Assembly (NCBI GenBank): GCA_044356455.1 | Contig: JBIKWF010000020.1 | Location: forward strand, 1-49,716 | DNA: 49,716 nucleotides | DNA from: Bdellovibrionota bacterium | GTDB taxonomy: Bacteria > Bdellovibrionota_C > UBA2361 > JBGSMV01 | Direction: 5' to 3' | Position numbers and translations under genes: made by a program | The notes under the pieces: model-generated | What the model was told of the DNA's origin: nothing | Database searches by the model: none | The model's input: the letters and a program-made list of their open reading frames with translations, nothing else | In this document: one piece after another, positions 47,100 through 49,716 of the stretch | Layout: each line of letters starts with the position of its first letter | Position numbering within the stretch: position 1 is the stretch's first letter

Positions 47100-47216
47100 G
47101 GGACCCCTACCTAAAGCCTCCCCCTCTGCATCCCCGGCTCTACCAAAGTTATGCCGCGGCCGCAGAGCAAGCGGAGGAAAAACAGTTCAAAGATTCTCTC
47201 GCTGTAGAGAGGCAGC

Positions 47217-47915
47217 TTATATGGGAGTTGCTGAGCAGTCGATCACCAGCTCTTTTATGCATGCACCGGGAGATAGATGCAGCAGGAACCGCACCGCATT
47301 GCCAAGGTCAGAAGCCTGAATTTTTGCATGGTCAGGCATCGGGCCTGAGGCAGACATCACGGTATTCACCCAGCTTGGAAGCAAGGTAGTAACTCGAAGG
47401 CCAAGGGGCACAAGCTCGCGGTACAAGGACTCATGCAGCCCTTGAAGGGCATGTTTTGAAGCACAGTACCCACCTACTCCTGGAAAGCCTTGTACGCCGC
47501 ACATAGAAGAAACAGTAATGAGGTAGCCCTTTTTTCGGCTCTTCATGAGAGGAACTGCGGCATGAATTCCATTAAAGACCCCGCGCACATTAGTGCGCAT
47601 CACTTCATCGAATTCCTCGAGAGACATTTCGGCGGAGCCTGTCCGGTAGACACCGGCGTTACTAACAAGAATTTCAAGAGCGCCGAGTTCCTCTTCCGAC
47701 CGATGCACCGCCCGAGACATAAAGTCCCCATCACCCACGTCTCCGGCACAGACTATCGTGCGCACGCCATAGGAGCGCTCAAGAAATTCCTTCGTCTCGG
47801 TGAGCTCATTCTGAGAGCGTGCCACAAGGGCCACATGGTGCCCCTCTTGCGCAAGCGCCTCAGCAATTGCACGTCCGATTCCACGTCCCGCACCAGTTAC
47901 CAGCGCTACTCCCAT
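47217..47915 (-). CDS. Short-chain dehydrogenase/reductase
   Basis: TGAGRGIG, NAG, catalytic S and YCASK; start placed at MGVALV. Confidence 0.92.
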   Translation of the reverse strand: MGVALVTGAGRGIGRAIAEALAQEGHHVALVARSQNELTETKEFLERSYGVRTIVCAGDVGDGDFMSRAVHRSEEELGALEILVSNAGVYRTGSAEMSLEEFDEVMRTNVRGVFNGIHAAVPLMKSRKKGYLITVSSMCGVQGFPGVGGYCASKHALQGLHESLYRELVPLGLRVTTLLPSWVNTVMSASGPMPDHAKIQASDLGNAVRFLLHLSPGACIKELVIDCSATPI

Positions 47916-47942
47916 TCTTCCCCCTCTCTTCAAACATCTCTG

Positions 47943-48147
47943 AGAACCTCTGAAAAACCTCTTCTTCCCCTTCGCGTCCTTCGCGTCCTTCGCGTCCTTC
48001 GCGTCCTTCGCGTCCTTCGCGTCCTTCGCGTCCTTCGCGTCCTTCGCGTCCTTCGCGTCCTTCGCGTCCTTCGCGTCCTTCGCGTCCTTCGCGTCCTTCG
48101 CGTTAGAATTGCCCTACAATTCTTAAGGGAATTTGCAACTCACCACA
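47943..48147. mobile_element. Composite MITE-like element containing the tandem array
   Basis: Family TIR AGAACCTCTGAAAAACCTC on the left, then the 9-mer array, then the tail shared with 27511-27570, abutting the folE2 stop. Confidence 0.65.
47969..48103. repeat. Perfect tandem repeat (CCTTCGCGT)x15
   Basis: 135 nt, 15 exact 9-bp copies, counted directly. Confidence 0.97.
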
Positions 48148-49119
48148 CTAGCAAACAAGACTTTCAAAATCCGAGAAGTCAGCCTTCAATCCTCCGGGCA
48201 CCCCTTTACAAATTACCGATACCGCATCGTGGGAATGCAAAGACTCAAGATGCACGCAGGCAACTTCAAAATCAGCAACACGCGCATCTTTGTGCAGCAC
48301 GCCATAGAGAAGTCGAACCGCATCCTCGACAAACTTAAGATACGTACCGTTCATCTCAGCAAATGCCTGCTCGTCTTCCCGTTTTACCATTACTTGGGTC
48401 TCGGTCGTGAGGGCCTCCTTACAAAGCGCTTGCAGGTCCTCCGGAAAAAGCTTCTTGCCTGGCGCCACTTCTACCTTAATTCGCGCGCAGCTGCGCTGAG
48501 AGTGCGGGACTCCATATACTCCCCTTTCATCTCGCGCATGTTCCGCCAGCTCCGCGGAGCAGGGGCAGGCGGAAGAATACACGAAGGCAAATTCGACATA
48601 GCGCCGCACGCGCTTCTTCCTATCAATAACCGCTTCGTAAGCGACCTTATAAAACTGGAAACCTGAAAGCCCACTTCGGAGACTCTGTTGAAGAATGGGA
48701 TATGAAAATCGCATCTTCACACGTGCATCGAAACTCCCCACACTCCGCAAATATCTCTTGAGAACTTTAGGGAGGGTATCGACAGTGAAGAGCTGGTCTT
48801 TGAACTCGTAAAAAGACCGCACGATGCGCGACATATTAATGCCCTTCGTTGCCGCATCTAACGAGACAGTCCCATCAATACGGCATTCGACAAGCGGGCT
48901 TACCTTAGGACTCTTCCCGCGAATGTGCAGGGGCAACTTAAAGTTGGATACCCCCACCTGAGGAATAGGAACCAAGGCACCTTCGATGGCCTCTTCGGCC
49001 TGAAGCATATCGGGCATACGGGCCAGATATTCCTCTGAAGCCACAAAGCCGTGTTCATACTTTCTAGAAAGCATGGGGGCATTGCCCTTTCTCTTATGCA
49101 AATACATGCGCTTTCTCAT
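48148..49119 (-). CDS. folE2: GTP cyclohydrolase IB (FolE2)
   Basis: [58 protein letters not shown]; start at ATG 49119 with GGAG RBS. Confidence 0.93.
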   Translation of the reverse strand: MRKRMYLHKRKGNAPMLSRKYEHGFVASEEYLARMPDMLQAEEAIEGALVPIPQVGVSNFKLPLHIRGKSPKVSPLVECRIDGTVSLDAATKGINMSRIVRSFYEFKDQLFTVDTLPKVLKRYLRSVGSFDARVKMRFSYPILQQSLRSGLSGFQFYKVAYEAVIDRKKRVRRYVEFAFVYSSACPCSAELAEHARDERGVYGVPHSQRSCARIKVEVAPGKKLFPEDLQALCKEALTTETQVMVKREDEQAFAEMNGTYLKFVEDAVRLLYGVLHKDARVADFEVACVHLESLHSHDAVSVICKGVPGGLKADFSDFESLVC

Positions 49120-49163
49120 AACAGCTCCAAGGGGAGATTCAGACAATGCGGCGGAATATGCGA

Positions 49164-49595
49164 TTAAAGACTCTTTGCAGGAGTCGGCCCGTAATACTCG
49201 GCCCAATTGCGAGGAGTCTCGATAAGACGGATCACATGAAGGGACCCTGAAGGAATACGCGGAGCAATGCGATCCCATAAAGTAGTCACGAGATTTTCTG
49301 TGGAGGGAAGAACTCCTTCTAGAAAAGGCACATCCAGATTCAAATTTTTATGGTCGAGCGGATGTACGACCTGCTCCTCTAGAATCCTTTTAAGGAGACC
49401 AAGCTCAATAACAAATCCCGTCTCGGGATCTGGGGAGCCTCGCACCCCTACCTGCAGAACGTAATTGTGGCCATGGAAATTGGGAGAATTGCACACCCCA
49501 AAGGTTTCTCGATTCCATTCATCAGAGCGTGCCGGATTATGTAAGCGGTGAGCCGCATTAAAATGAACTTCTCTGAATACTACGATTTCCGGCAT
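49164..49595 (-). CDS. 6-pyruvoyl-tetrahydropterin synthase family protein (CX5HGH, PTPS-II-like)
   Basis: [48 protein letters not shown]. Confidence 0.9.
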   Translation of the reverse strand: MPEIVVFREVHFNAAHRLHNPARSDEWNRETFGVCNSPNFHGHNYVLQVGVRGSPDPETGFVIELGLLKRILEEQVVHPLDHKNLNLDVPFLEGVLPSTENLVTTLWDRIAPRIPSGSLHVIRLIETPRNWAEYYGPTPAKSL

Positions 49596-49716
49596 AAGCC
49601 CCCCCACACACACGTTCAGCACGAGAATAGCAGCTTACCCGACGTTGAGGCAGCGCAGCGCAAACTTATCAGGCGAGGCAAGTAAGCTGCTGATATTACT
49701 AGCGAGCGAGCTACCT

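Noticed and set aside
47969..48103. Possible CRISPR array
   Set aside because: Head-to-tail 9-mers with no unique spacers and no cas genes in the window.
47490..48338. 282-aa ORF with (LRV)n repeat
   Set aside because: It is a translation of the 9-bp tandem array, antisense to and overlapping both the SDR and folE2; not a credible protein.
49164..49716. queD assignment and preQ1 riboswitch
   Set aside because: The motif is CX5HGH rather than CX3HGH, no queC/E/F genes are adjacent, and there is no recognisable preQ1 aptamer in the 120 nt available upstream.

Overview
This is an ordinary chromosomal segment from a diderm bacterium with roughly mid-50s % GC (by eye). Gene content and order look Deltaproteobacteria/Bdellovibrionota-like, which is an inference. 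From left to right it holds: the 3' part of a Cys-rich, possibly TadG-like protein; tRNA-Asn(GTT); the ffs-dnaX-ybaB-recR block; a membrane J-domain protein; DUF1573-accC-accB; a type IVa pilus operon (pilM-pilN-pilO, no pilP, pilQ) followed by two lipoproteins; priA; mpl; a vWA/coiled-coil pair; a cyclophilin; PBP1A; a GldA/F/G-like ABC system with DUF4340; an orphan cpaB; an HDOD protein; a CorA-like protein; a PIN toxin-antitoxin pair; mtnN; and a pterin cluster (PTPS, FolE2, SDR) facing a fatty-acid-hydroxylase gene. No CRISPR array, integrase, transposase or prophage is visible. The most notable non-routine signals are: (1) a dense, modular family of MITE-like intergenic elements with about 18-bp terminal inverted repeats, YTAR-like flanks that often coincide with stop codons, and 9-bp periodic cores, one expanded into a perfect (CCTTCGCGT)x15 array; (2) a GTAG-type REP doublet with compensatory changes; (3) a putative tetrahydrobiopterin operon with a mammalian-type CX5HGH PTPS; (4) a pilP-less secretin operon with a lipobox-bearing PilQ and two lipoproteins; (5) apparent pseudo-enzymes (a cyclophilin lacking the catalytic Arg and a CorA-like protein lacking GMN); (6) a sigma54/IHF promoter architecture in front of a small orphan gene. 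All family assignments come from reading motifs by eye; no searches were run.
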